Position numbers and translations under genes: made by a program. The notes beneath the pieces are model-generated. The model saw only the letters and a program-made list of their open reading frames with translations. It had not been told where the DNA came from and did no database searches. From Podarcis gaigeae (Eukaryota): a stretch of 64,000 bases of DNA. Position 1 is the first letter of the stretch, and the number at the start of each line of letters is the position of its first letter. This document shows, in pieces, positions 45,501 to 58,796 of the stretch. The stretch is taken from NCBI GenBank assembly GCA_964106915.2, contig OZ066921.1, one strand, 5' to 3'.

Positions 45501-48500
45501 TGAAAACAGATCCCTCCTTCAATAATTCAAAGCTACGAACAGCAGAGGAAAGGAAACCATAGGGCCAAGAGCATCACACGCAAACACACACACAAGATAC
45601 ATCTTTGGCATCACTTACCAAGCAGGGGCAGTTTCGTGAAGTCTGGAAAAGGAAAGGGAGTTTAAGCAGGAGAGCACGCGAGAGAAGCAGGTGGCAGAAG
45701 AAGAAAAAGAAGAGGGATGGTGGGCTGGGCCAGGAGCAGAAGGAGGTGAGGGCACAATAAGAGGAGAGAAGAGGTGAGAAAAGGGACTCTCCAGGACAGC
45801 TTGCTTCAATGTCCAACTTGTGCAACAAGGATGACTGCCTCTCCCAGCCCAGCAGGCCCTTACCCCCACCAACAGAAAAACCTGCCACCCTCCAATCCGC
45901 CTGTGCTCTGAACTCTCCTGCCTTCCTTCGGCACTTGCAGAGGAAGGGGTTCAGCACCATTTACGGGGAGCAGAATCCCCCCTGCACCTCCCCCCCATCT
46001 ACAGCAGGACCCTCCATCATGTGGGGAGGGTTACAGAAGCCCATCTCAAGAAAGGAGGGGGTCAAGTATTTGATTATAGACTCCATTCACTTTGGGTGAA
46101 TTGCATCAGAGCCACCAGATTCTTTCAACCACCACCACAGGCCCCCTCCTCTTCTAAGGCTCCTGCTGCATTTCTCACTGCCACGCTGCACCCTACCCTG
46201 CAGGACATGAAAAAGCCCCTTTGGAAGGGGAGCTGCCTTAGTGGACAGCAGGGGCTGCCACCTCCTCCCCATCCACCATTGCTAACCAGACACCTCCTTG
46301 CCACAGCTGCCTCCTCAGAACTGCTGGCCAGGGAAAAAGAGAATGGGGAGAGTCAAGTCCATCTCCCCTGGAGCTTCCAAAGGGCTCCTGAATCTCCCCA
46401 GTATGGTCAATATCTTCCCCCACATCTCCTCACCTGCCCCCCAGCCCAATATACTAAGCTCAGTGCTTCTGGCAGCTCTGAGCAGGGAGAGATCTTGTGT
46501 CCCCTTTGGCGAGAGAGACCTACTTGAAAATGCTCCTCTCGCCCAGGCTGCCACTCTGCTCTTCTTCCACAGGAACAGATGGCGTGGAAAGCTGGACGCT
46601 GGATGCGCTGCTGTAGATGCTCTTGAAGGCAGGCCTGGAAAAGGGAGAGGGGGAAGAGCAGGAGGAGGGCTGTGAGCACACAAGGCTCCAATGGGGGCCC
46701 ATCAAGACTTTCTAGTCGTTCTGAGGCAGCTCCCTGGAACAGGGCCGCCTGGGCCGGGTGAGGGGTTCTGAGGTGAGATCACAACAGGCAGGCAAAGGTG
46801 GCCTCTGGAGGACCCACATGCTCCTCTTCCAGCCTCCCTTTGCCTCCTGCCAACTTCCGCCAACTGCCCCACTCTTTGGGCTGGGCCTTTTCAACCTTCT
46901 TGGCTCAGCTTCTTTCCCACCAGTTCCGTGCAGAGCAAAAGCCACAAGCAGAAACTGCCTTGGCCAACAACTCACCTGTCTTGGCTGCTCTCTCTGTCCA
47001 GGCTGGGAGCCTCTGCTGGACTGGGCTGGGAGTTCTCTGCAGGTCGAGCCCCTTGGCCTTCCTCCTGGGCCAGGATGTAGCCCAGGGAGCGTCGCTGCCC
47101 CTTCCGGCCCTCTTCCCCTTTCCTCCGCTCCTTGCGTGTTCCAGGAGGAGGCTCTTCCACACCATCTTCGTACTTGAGGGCATTCTGCAAGGAAGACAGA
47201 AGCTCAGGGTGGGGCCTGGTAGGGCAGGCTGCTAGGTGCTGAGTGTGTAGTGGGGAAGCTGCCTGCTTTTTCTAGAGGCCTCCTCTTTATATCCAGCTCC
47301 CTCCCGCCAAGGGGGAAGATGCGTCACCTCGTAGATAACCAGCTGCTGCTTCAAGTCCAGGTCAGTAGCCTTGTTGGTCATGTGCTGCTGGATGATGCTT
47401 TCCATGCCCTGCTGCTCCAAGCAGTCTGTCACATCATAGAAGGAATCCTGGTCAGGGAGGGCAGCCAGAGTCTGCACAACACCAACACAGGGCACCATAG
47501 TCAGGGCAGGAAAGGTGCTCAGCCCGACTCAGCCCAGCCCAGCAAAACAGCCTGACACCTGCTGCTTCCCTCCCCACCTGGGCAATATTCACCTTGTTGA
47601 TGAGTGTCATGGCGAACACCTGAAGCTCCGTGTCAGCTCCATTCTTCTGTTCCAGGATTGCCACGATGGGAGACCACGGAAAACCACCTGCAAGGCAATG
47701 AGTAAGGCATGTGGTTGACCACACAAGCCAAGGAAAAGACCCTCCTTTCTCCTCATCACTGACCTGGCCCAGCAAGGGGCTGCCTGCTGTGGTTCATTGA
47801 CCGCTCTTCCGTATCTTGAGGCTAATGGGATCAGACCCATCTCTCTCTCTCTCTCTTCCTTGGGCAGCCGTGTGGCACACTCACCTCTGACCTGCTCTGC
47901 CGCTATGACGGCCTGGACAAGCAGCTGGGCATTGGATTCCGTGAACTCCACAAAGACCAGCAGCAGCTTCAGAGCCGTCTTCACCACCAGGCGGTACTAG
48001 CAGAGGGACAGTAGAAGTTGCTTAATAGTGGGCCAGGCTACTGGGCTCTACTCATAAGAAAAGCCTTCAGAATCAGGCTAGTGGCCCATCTAGTTAGCAT
48101 TCTGTTCAATCAAACTCAGCCTGGCCTCCCCTGCGCTGACTGTTAGCCAGAGCTCTCCAGGGTTTCATGTTGGAGACTTTCCCGTCTTGCCTTGAGATGC
48201 CACTGGGGATTGGTTCCTCTGCCACTGAGACCATGACCTTCTCCTGTGGAGGGAGGTGAGAAAAGCTGGATGGAAGGAGCTGGAAACTGGGCCTCAGTCA
48301 GGAGGACATCACACAATCCTCTCTTTTCAAAGCCCATCCCACCTCCCTTTCTCGTAACACTGGAATTTGTGCACATCCAACAAAGCTGAATGCGGGAAGA
48401 TTCAGGACAGATAAAAGAAAGTATTATTCACGCAGGGCATAATTAAACTACAGTGGTACCTTGGGTTACAGATGCTTCAGGTTACAGACTCCATTAACCC

Positions 48501-51500
48501 AGAAATAGTACCTCAGGTTAAGAACTTTGCTTCAGGATGAGAAGAGAAATCGTGCGGCGGCCCCATTAGCTAAAGTGGTACCTCAGGTTAAGAACAGTTT
48601 CAGGTTAAGAACGGACCTCCAGAACGAATCAAGTTCTTAACCAGAGGTACCACTGTACCGAACTCCCTCCCACAGGAGGCAGCGATAGCTACCAGCTTGG
48701 ATAGCTTTAAAGGAGGAATAGACAAATTTGTGGCCACAATTGCTATGTTCTTCCTCCACTGTCTCTGAATACCAGTTGCTGCTTGTGGGCTTCCCATTGG
48801 GGCATCTGGTTGGCCATGGTAAAAACAGGATGCTGGACTAAGTGGGCCACTGACCTGATCCAGCTTCGGCTTCAGGGCTCTTCTGATGCTCACAAGGGGA
48901 TCTTTCCTTCTGTGACAGCCACATACTCACCAAGCTCCCGCACAGCGTGTACAGCCACTGCACAGTCTCGTTGTGGTTTATCACCCCCATCATCCCATCC
49001 ACAAAGAGCACGATCTGGCTGAGAGCTGGAAGGAAGGAGCGAAGAGCACTGTAAGGATGCCAGCTGGCCATGGGCAACTGATGTGCCTTGCTCACTCGCT
49101 TGCAGTGGAGCTTCCACACGATGCCTGCCACTCAGCAGCAAGTCTCCTCTGCTCCCTCCTCTGGTCCCTCTATCTCAGTCTGGCTCTTTGGCTTTCAGGG
49201 TGTTGTCTTTCCCCCCACCCCCGCCATGCAGACATCAAATTGGGGAGTGGGACACTAGGTGGTGATGTGAGAAGAGGGCCTTCCCAGTGGCTGCTCCCAG
49301 ACTTTGAAACTCCCTTCCTACAAAAGCTAGACTGACTCCCTGCTTGTTGTCCTTCTGCCGGCAGGTGAAGACTGTTTTATTCCGACATTGGGAACTGACT
49401 GTTCTTTTAAGGAAGGGGCTTTTAATAGTGCTGTGCTGTTTTATACTATCTGTATTTTAAATACATTTGTTTTTATTCTGTAGAATTTTAATTACTTTTT
49501 AACTATTCTCTTTTTATGTTTTTAGTTTCTTGTATGTTATGTGTGCCATTTTAATTTGTGTAAGCTGCCTTGAGTCCCAAGTTTAGAAAAAAAAGGTGGG
49601 ATATAAATAAACGCCATAATATTATTACCAATACTACTAGGAGTTGCTACACAGCAGATGGCAGTGCCCAGAGGAGGCAGGTGGGCAGGGCAGGCTAGCT
49701 GTCAGGAGTATGGATTGATTTGCACATCTGACAGGAATGACTTGGCACAAAAGGCTGCTGAGGCCAGGGCAGGCCATTTCCACCCTGAGGTGCAAGCTGC
49801 AAAGTTAGGCTACTTCCAAAAGAGTCCTCTTTGTCAACAGGACCCACAGAGGCTGCCAGGTCTACAAAAGGTCCCTTCCAGTCACAAGCCCCTGAGACTA
49901 AGGGCCAAATGAAGCTTTTAAAACCAGCCTTATGGGGGGAGTCTGATACCTTCCCCCAGCTGCTGCTTGCCCCATTTGGGAAAATAGACACACAGTCACA
50001 TCTTCCTTACAGCAGGGCAAACAGTATTTGTCCATGAGTGACATCAGAGGAAATAGCATCAGAAGGGGGTGGGGAGCAGACAGAAAAGGTCTCAGCTCCT
50101 TCCCTCCACTGGTGCCATGGTCCTAGGAGAAAAGAGATGATCATGGAGACCAACATCTCCTTTAATTGGGGCCCAAAGCTCTGTCATTAAGAAAAAGTGG
50201 CCTCTCAACTTTTAACCTTAATACTTTAACTCTAAAAAAGAAATAAGGTATGTATTATGTATTATGTATTATGATGTGAAATTTGTAAAATCTGTAAAAC
50301 CAATAAAGATCATTTTTTAAAAAGGAAAAGAAAAGAAAAAGTTGCCTCTCCAAGATGGCTCATGAATTGCAGCTGACATTTTACACGCTTAATTTTGCCT
50401 GTTTGCACATCCCCAGCTGAGTAGCCAGTGAGATGGAGCTATCACCACACCTGGAAGGCTCAGAAATGGGTCAAAACCATTAAAAAACCTAACCACAATA
50501 AACTTCCTAGTACAGCCAAATCTCATCACCCAGCCACTATCCCTCAGCAGCAGTCTAAACCTGGCCACTGAAATTTTGCTCAGGCAGGAAAATATAGGAA
50601 TGCTTAAAAGCAAACAGGAGAAATAAATCCTGCAAAGCCTGCCTACACCAGCTTTGGATCTGCTCCCCATACTGGATTAAGCATCAGGGAGGCAGAGAGA
50701 CAGAGACAAGAGTCACACACAGTCCTCACTGTCAGCATCCCTCAGATCAACATCCTACATGGGCAAATGCAGACCGCAAAAAGGGGAAGCCAAGGCATCT
50801 GTCTATTTATTAAATGTATACTCCACCCTTCCTCCCCAAGGAGCCCCAGGTGGCAAACAGCAAGGGAGAAAATAACAAAAAACATATTTAAAACAATTTC
50901 AGTACAGATGAAAACTGGGAAAGAGCTCCACTTAAAAGACTCCTCCCAGAGATCTCTAGGGTGCTCTATCCTTTTTCTGGATATTCAGTTGGGAATTGGA
51001 GGTGTCAGTTTAATTTCACCGACTTTGACTCTTTGGTGGGAGGTCCCAAATGTTATCCACTCTAGGGGCTCAGATTCTCTCTCTCTCCCTCTCCACTTCC
51101 TGCTGGCCTGGTGGTCACTCACCCCTGAGGATATAGTTCTGGTAATTCTGGTCAGCCTCAGCTCCCACTGTGATGAGACACGTCAGCCCTTCTGAATTCA
51201 CAAACTCAGGCACCAGGTCCTTATCCTCCTGCAGCAGAAATCCAGAGAGAGGAATGTTTGCAATCTGCAGAAAAAGGTCATACCGTGCATGCTCACCCCT
51301 CCACTTGCAACCCACAATCTGTCTGAGAGAATCTCCTGCTGGGGAAGGGTGCATGGGGGGAGGCTGCCTGCTTATTGTCTTCTCATATAGGGAACAGGTC
51401 TGTGCACAGTCCAGTCTCACAAGAGGAGAGCAGAAGCTGCAAGAGCAAAGAGGAGGGGAAATGAAGAGTCAGCAACAGAGCCTGGTGGTGTCCACACAGA

Positions 51501-54500
51501 GCGCTGGGCTGGCTGGCTCAATCCCCCCCCCCCAACAAAGCCGCGCCTGCTGGGGGCAGAACAGGGAGGGCCTGGCAGGAGCCTTACCTGGAAAAGCTGC
51601 TTCAGTGAGAAGAGGGAGCGCCTCAGTTCAGGGCCCTTCGACCTGTAGAGCTTCTCTGGAGGAAAAACAAAATATTTCTGTCCATAAAGAACAGGCATCC
51701 CATGGTCCATCTCAGAGCTCCAAAAGAATCAGCAGCAGGAGGAGACCCCTCCTCACCAGCTGCTTTCAGGATGCCTGGAAGTGCTAGCTTGGAAGAATGC
51801 AAAAACAACCTAATGATGTGGCACAGCCAGACTAAGACTTGGGCAACCAGGGTTCAAGGCCCTGGGTGACCTGGGGCCAGTCACTTGCCATTATTTGAAG
51901 AAGCAAAACCAAGCAAGGCAAAATAAGCACAGTAGCTGCAGCTGACCAGAAACAACTGGCCCACCCAAAGAAGAGAACCCCACAAGCACCTGCTTCCCTT
52001 TTAATTTTACAAGTTCAGTCTTTTCCACTCAAAAGCATTTCTCTACTTGAGCACTTTGATGCAATTTATGGGAAGGAAAGGAGCAGCTCCTCTGCCCCCC
52101 GTGCCTAAAAACGTCCTCCACTGTCCTATAGCACTAAAGGGCTGAGGTTTGGGACTGGCTGCCATCCCTGAATCTGAGCACTTTATATAGCTAGAGGGAG
52201 TTTCTAAAAGAACTTTTAAATCTCATAGCATGCACTTTCTTATCTAGAAAGGGTGGATGAATCCTCTCCTACTTTCATACCGGTAACATCAAAGACAATC
52301 CAGTGTAAGGAGCCCTACATCAGGCTGCCTTTGAAGACTTTCAGAAATTGCAACTGGTGCAGCTGCCAGGATATAGGCTACTCTCTCTTTCGTTGGCACC
52401 ACTGCCACGTGGCTCTCTCTCACACATTTGCTGCCCAAGAGGGCTCCTATGAATCAGCACAGCAACAGAAGCATCACATCAAATGCTGAGGAAACAGACT
52501 GTCAATGCTCCCTCTGAGCCAGAACCTCCCTGGATGTTTAGAAGTAGCCTGAAATTTATCCCTCTGTTTAAGGCCCCTTTTCTGGCCAAGCCCATCTTGA
52601 CAAGTTCGCCTACTTCTGTCCGGGAGTGTCCAGCCATTCAGTCCCTCCTGGACATCTGAAGTAGCCTGGCCCAGCCCCAGAGGGAGGCCCTAAGGGGTGC
52701 CTCACCACCCCTAGAAACCCCTGAGAACCGTGGGGCTTCCAGGGCTGACTCTGGAGGATCTGCTTTCTCTTGTCCTTCCTGCAGCCCCCACCTCAACTCA
52801 TGGGCACTGCACAGGCTTGCAACTCAAGTCAGACCAGACACAGAGCAGGAAAGGGCAAAGGGGTGTGATTCAGTTGTGTGGGGAGCACAACTGTGGAGAA
52901 TATTGCGAACCACCCTGAGATCTTTTGATGAAGGGCGGTATATACATCTAATAAATAATAGTAAAACAAATAATAATAACAAGGAATAAAGGGCACCACG
53001 CAATGCCTATGGATTGGTACAGAACACATCATCTGCCTTATATGGAGTCATTAGACCACTTGGTCCGTCTAGCTCAAAAAGCATACATTCAATGAGAGCC
53101 AGCCATGGCTCTCAAGGGTTTCACGCAGAGGACATTCAGAACCTCACCTAGAAATGCTGCTAGTGGGGATTGAACCTGGGACCTTCTGCATGCTTAACAG
53201 CTGCTCTTCTACCCCTCCCCAGAAAGCAACCGCCCCTGTGGGGCTTCCGTCTTCTGAAGCCAATATTGGCTCAGGTTTGGAGCAGAGAGAATCAGCTCCT
53301 CTGGCCAGCTCTCCCTCTCATCGGCCTTCCTGCGGCCGGGGATCTCTTCCCAGGCAGGAGTGGTGCCACTGACAACAGGCAGGAGTTGCCGATGCTCTTC
53401 TACCACAAAGCTATGGCCCTTTCCCCACGCAAAGTGGCACTGCCAAAGGTTGCTCCTTCGGCTCTGCCTGCCCCCTCTTCTTTCCAGTGACCCCATTCCA
53501 AAACAGAAGAGTAGCTGCGGCCATTCTCCTCAGGCCACCTCTGTGGGCCAAGCGCCAGAGAGCAGCTGTAGCCCAAGTAAGGCCGGCTGGCACAGAGCTT
53601 GCAGTCTTCCTGTTTTCTGCAATACTATATAAATATCTCTTACAGCTTCCTATGCACAGACGGAGACCTCTGACAAAAGAGAGAGGGAGGGAGGCCAGGC
53701 TGCTCTTTCTTCTCCTCTCTCAGCCCAGAGCCAGAGCACAGGACCTGCATACTATAAACAAGAAAGCGGAGGGGGCTCCTCTTCCTGCCTGGAACAGACC
53801 AAAGCTCCATCAAGACATGGATGTGCCATTTGCAACTCCTCCCTCAGGCACCAAGATGTCAAGGTAGCCAGTGTCACTGACTAGTCAAAATGAAATTGCA
53901 GGTAATGCCTCTCTCCCTTGAGGCATTCTCTCTCAAAGAGAATGGTATAGCAGAGAGGTCACCGGCCCTGCTCCGCTGGTACCATCTGGGACTTCTGCTT
54001 CTTCTTGGTGTGACTGCTGAACAGGTGGTGGGGATGTCCTGACCCCCTGCAGGTGGAATGGTAAGGCAGGTGAAGGTGCCTACTTGCACCCCCATTTTGC
54101 TGCCCACTCCATCAATTTGCAGCATTCATAGGAATCACTGCTTGCTTGCAAAGGGATGTGGGAGGTACAGGCAGGCAAGCAAGTGCAGAGACAGACAGGC
54201 AGTGGTGAAGGCAGCTGCCTCGGGACAGGGTCTTAGCAGGTCCAGGGGGCTGGTTAGGAGGATGAACACCTTGCTCCAAGCATCTTGCTTTCCAAGTCAC
54301 TCTTACTCCACTCAAAGCACAGGGGTCTCACCCTGGAGTCTGCAAAGGAGCAAGAGTAGATTTTACTACAGCAGTGGCAGCCTGCGAAGGTGGAGATGAG
54401 CAGGAGGCAGAACGGAAGCTCCACTTCCTCTATGAATGAAGACAAAACCTCCAACACTTCCTGCCTTGGCAGCCTGGTGCACAAGGGTCTGGCAAGGGAG

Positions 54501-57500
54501 CACATCTGCATGCCGATGACAGTGCCACTGCTGGGGATAGGCACGTGAGCCAAAGAGCATGTGCACACAGAGGAAAAGAGCCAGACATGGATCAGGCAGA
54601 CAGGAAGGAAAGAGGGGGACAGCTCAGAAGGTGCAGGAGCGGAAGAGCCACATGTGCAGCAGTCCCAATTGTCTTCTTGGGAATGTTGTTGCTCAAGAGG
54701 TCAGAGAGTCCTATTTCAGCAAAATGACAGCAGCTAAGTTAATGGACTTGGCCACTGCCTTTGGTAGGCTATGAGTCTGTGGCACAGATATGACACCTCC
54801 ACCTAACAGCTGCATATTGCAGGTGGAAGGAAGCTTGCAAATGCACCAGGAGATCCCCTCTTATACAACCAACCATGAGCCTACCCACAAGTAAGCATGG
54901 TTACGGTTACGGTGAAAGACTCACCCAATAGGCTAGCAGTGAAAAGTATCTTCCCAAACACTAGCTGCATTCAATCTAGCCTTATTCTCACATGCCTTTA
55001 CACATCATGCCTTCCCCCTTCAAATGGAAGCATGTGGGGCATGTCAAATTACCAACCCTTGCAAAACTTTCTCATCTTCAAGAACCACAGGTTAAAAAGT
55101 TGTATGTAGGTTTCACTTTCATTTTAAAATGATCTTATCGTGTGCTTTCTGTAAGCTGCCTAAGGAACCACTGAGTTCACATGGGCTGTTCACTTCCCCT
55201 GTCATGACAAGTTCTTCACAAGTTCCCAGCTCCTGCATTTCAAGGCACACACTGTGTGACAACCTCCGGTGGAATAGTACTGCAGTACTGCCCTTCCCGC
55301 ACATGTCCAAAATTAAAAGTTTACCCAACTTGAACTGAATGAGGTTATGGCACTCTGGAGCTGTTGTGGCTTAAAATGAGACTGAAGACAGCCAACTGGG
55401 CAACAGGCCTAAATGCAGCAGTGGGAGCCTCCCTGGAATTCCTTGCAAACTTCACTCTGCAGGAGGGCACAATTGTTTCCACACTGAGGAATCATCAGCT
55501 GAATGGGGAGGTGGGGGAGCAGGGCAGGCATCTAGGAGAGGGCCAGTCCTACACAAAGAGCCCACAGACCTGGTGCCAGAGGGAGGAGAGGTGTCCCTTC
55601 TATTGCCTGGCACCAAGGACAACAGAGGGATACAACTGGATATAACCCAAAAGGTTTCACCACGTGTTAAAAATTTGAACAAGTTTTTAAGACCTAAAAA
55701 GTGCTTGTTAATAATTGAAGGCAGAAAACCCAGGATATGTTGCCAGGCTGCCCAGAGTGCTTCTTCCAACCCCTGGAAATGAAGGGCCAAACATTCACAT
55801 GGACAGACATAGCAGCAGAGAGCCAAGTTCGTCACCAGATGGCACCTGCTTAGTCCTCTTTCCCCATCACTTTCTGGGCAAGGAGGAGCACCAGGTTATG
55901 TTCAGGATCCAGCAACCAGGAAACTAGCCTAGTGCATTGAAGGGGAATTCAGCAGGCCTGTGCAGAGCTTGTCTGAGGCTTGGGGGCAGGAGTCCTATTG
56001 GAATAAAGTTATAACCTCAAACCAAAAAGCAGCCAGTCACTGGCACAGCCCCATGGCCAACTTAGCCTCCAAGGCCCAGGGCAAGTGTAACTGGCAGCCC
56101 CTCCCCCAAGCAAGGACCTGGGATTTAGACTTGCTTTTCTCCCCAGACTGTCAGCTGCTTTGTAAACTGAAAGAAGCTTCAAAAGCAACTGGTGATATGT
56201 AGGGGAGGTGGTCAGCTTTGTGATGGCAACTCAAACACACCACATAGATGAGAACAGGTTGCTGGATCAGACCAGTGGCCCAACATCCTGTTCTCAAAGA
56301 AGAGGCCCACTAGAAGCCTATGGGATGTACATAAGCACAACATGCATGCAGCAAACTTCTCCCCTGTGGAAATTCCCAGAAACTGGTATTAAGAAGTATC
56401 CTTTCTCCAGCAGTGGAGGTAGAACACAGCCATTGTGGCTAGTGGACATGAAATTGTCTATTTCATAGGCATGAAATTGTCTATTTCTCTTTTAACATCA
56501 TCCAAGTTAGTGGCCATCATTATCTCTTGTGGAAGTGAATTCCATCATTTAATCACACACCATGTGAAGAAATACTTAATTATGTCTGTCCTGAATCTTC
56601 CAACATTCAGCAAGTCAAGTCTGAGAGCTAGCACGGTACATAGTGATAATGGTGATGTACCGTATCAGAACATGTTATTTGACCAGTGCGATAAAGCACG
56701 CAGATTTTAATTAAAAGCTGGGAATCACTTCTTTTCTCACCAATGGAAAACATTTGTCTAGCAGGCTGTGGAGTCCCCCTCCCTGTAGGTTTCAAGAAAA
56801 TGTGGGGCAGTAGAGTCTATCTTTTCCTGGGCAGAGTTATGCGAGACCGATTGGATTCTTTCTGCCTAAGGAAAAATACCATCGGGGTATCAATCAGCAC
56901 CTACAGTCCTACTGCAAGAGAACGCAACCATGCAAACAGAACCCACTCCCCCCAGGGAAAAGGCCTGGCACTGGACACTTCTCTGCAGCTTTCTGACCCT
57001 ATGTAGAGAGACCCTCTAACAGAGAAAGCAAGCAAGGTTTGGATAACAAAGAGGCAAGTGACCCCACAGAAACAGTACATAGAAATATCTGTGGAGGAGC
57101 ATTCAGATAATGGAGTGCATTGGTCCACCACAACAGCAAGCACATTCCCCCCTCGGACACTAGCCTGCCAGGAACAACAAGGTCAAAGAGCAGCCTGTGA
57201 ACTTTGGCTCCACTTCAGGATTGCGTTTGCCAAACCTTTCCCAGAATGTTTCATGAGTGAAGCAAGAACCCAAGTAGGGTTGTGACTGTAGAACTTTAAT
57301 TTGCAAAACTATGACAGGAAAAGCAACAGAAAGCCATGTGTTTTTTTATTATTCCTGCCGGGCCAAGGACTTTTCTCTTTTCTCACACTCCATTATTTGC
57401 CTGACTTCCAAGCTACATTCCATGGTTGTGGCCCCTTCAAATGACGCTCTTTAAGGGTACATATTTCCCAAGAGGCAGCAACAGAGCCCTGGGAACACAA

Positions 57501-58764
57501 AGAGCAAGGCTGTTTACTAAGCCGAGCCCTTGTTGCCTTCATGGTCTATTCAGTGTAGATTCAGCATCTTCTGCTAACTCCTTACAACCACCATTATCAT
57601 CCGTGTGTGTTGGGACTGCAACCATCCTAGTCAGAAAATACTAAGTAGCTACTGCTCTAACAATTGCCAGGTTCCTAGAATCCCTTGCTATATGAAAGAT
57701 TAAGCAGGAAGGAACCCTCTCCACTGACTTAGTTAAGCATCACCACTCAAACCCCTTCCTCCTCTTCTGATGCTTGACTTCTTCTGGCCACACTGGGATA
57801 ATGAGAAAAGCCACAGGGAAGAAGCCGGTGCTTCAGCACTTCCTCCCTCGCTGTGGCCACCCAACTGCACCTCCCAGATAAACCTCTGGCTCTCCAGGGC
57901 TCTGCTCCCACATGCCCTTGGGGCAGTCCTGCTGTCCAGTACATGGAGTCTATTTTGAGTGCAGAGGGAGAGGCCCAGCAACCGCCCACACAGGCTCCGG
58001 AAATACTTGCAACATTTATCAGCTCTGACAAGACTGGATGCAAACCAAGGGAAGCCCGGGAGTGCATGTGCTGAATCATAAGGAAACAGCAGCCAGGACT
58101 GAAGCAACAGCAGAGTAGCATGCAGAACAATTGCAGGCAGGAGGCAGAGGGAAGAGGCAGCTGTCTGCTGGCTCAGCTGAGAAGCAAAGCTTCCCTCCCC
58201 CTCCGTATGAGTTGTGAACTGTTGATTCCTTCAGTTGGACAAAGGTACCTTAAGGCTGCTAAGTAGGAATGGGGAATCTTTGGCCCTCTGGACAATGCTG
58301 AACAACAACTGCCATCACCCTGACCCATGGGAGATAAAAGGCCACAGGCTCTAACTGTGCTGCAAAGCAAGGTGTCCCAAGAGCCCTATTTCAGGCTTGC
58401 AAACTGGCACTGGTAATCTGGGTAAAACCTCAGTTTGGAAGAGTTTATTGGTTGTTACACACTCAAATTAAAATAGGAAGAGATAATAAGCTTGACTTGT
58501 CTATCTTTTGTACCCTAGAGGGATTAGAAATAATTGGGCAGACTTGGCGGTTCCAGCACTTTTAGCTTTGCTTACTAAGTAAAAATAAAAGCAAACCTAC
58601 TGGATTGGATCACTCTTGAGGGCAGCAGAAAGTTTTCCAAGGCAAGTTACCCTAATTTGCACAGGAAAAAATTCCAGATAACCCACATCAAGGTATTTTC
58701 TCCCCCACATAGCACTAGAAGAAGCCAAGTTCAGAGTTAGGCAGTGGCGGCGGCGGCGGCGGCA

Positions 58765-58796
<32 letters not shown>

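Noticed and set aside
56447-56487. 18-bp direct repeat catgaaattgtctatttc
   Set aside because: Small local duplication inside a decayed CR1, with no sign of function.
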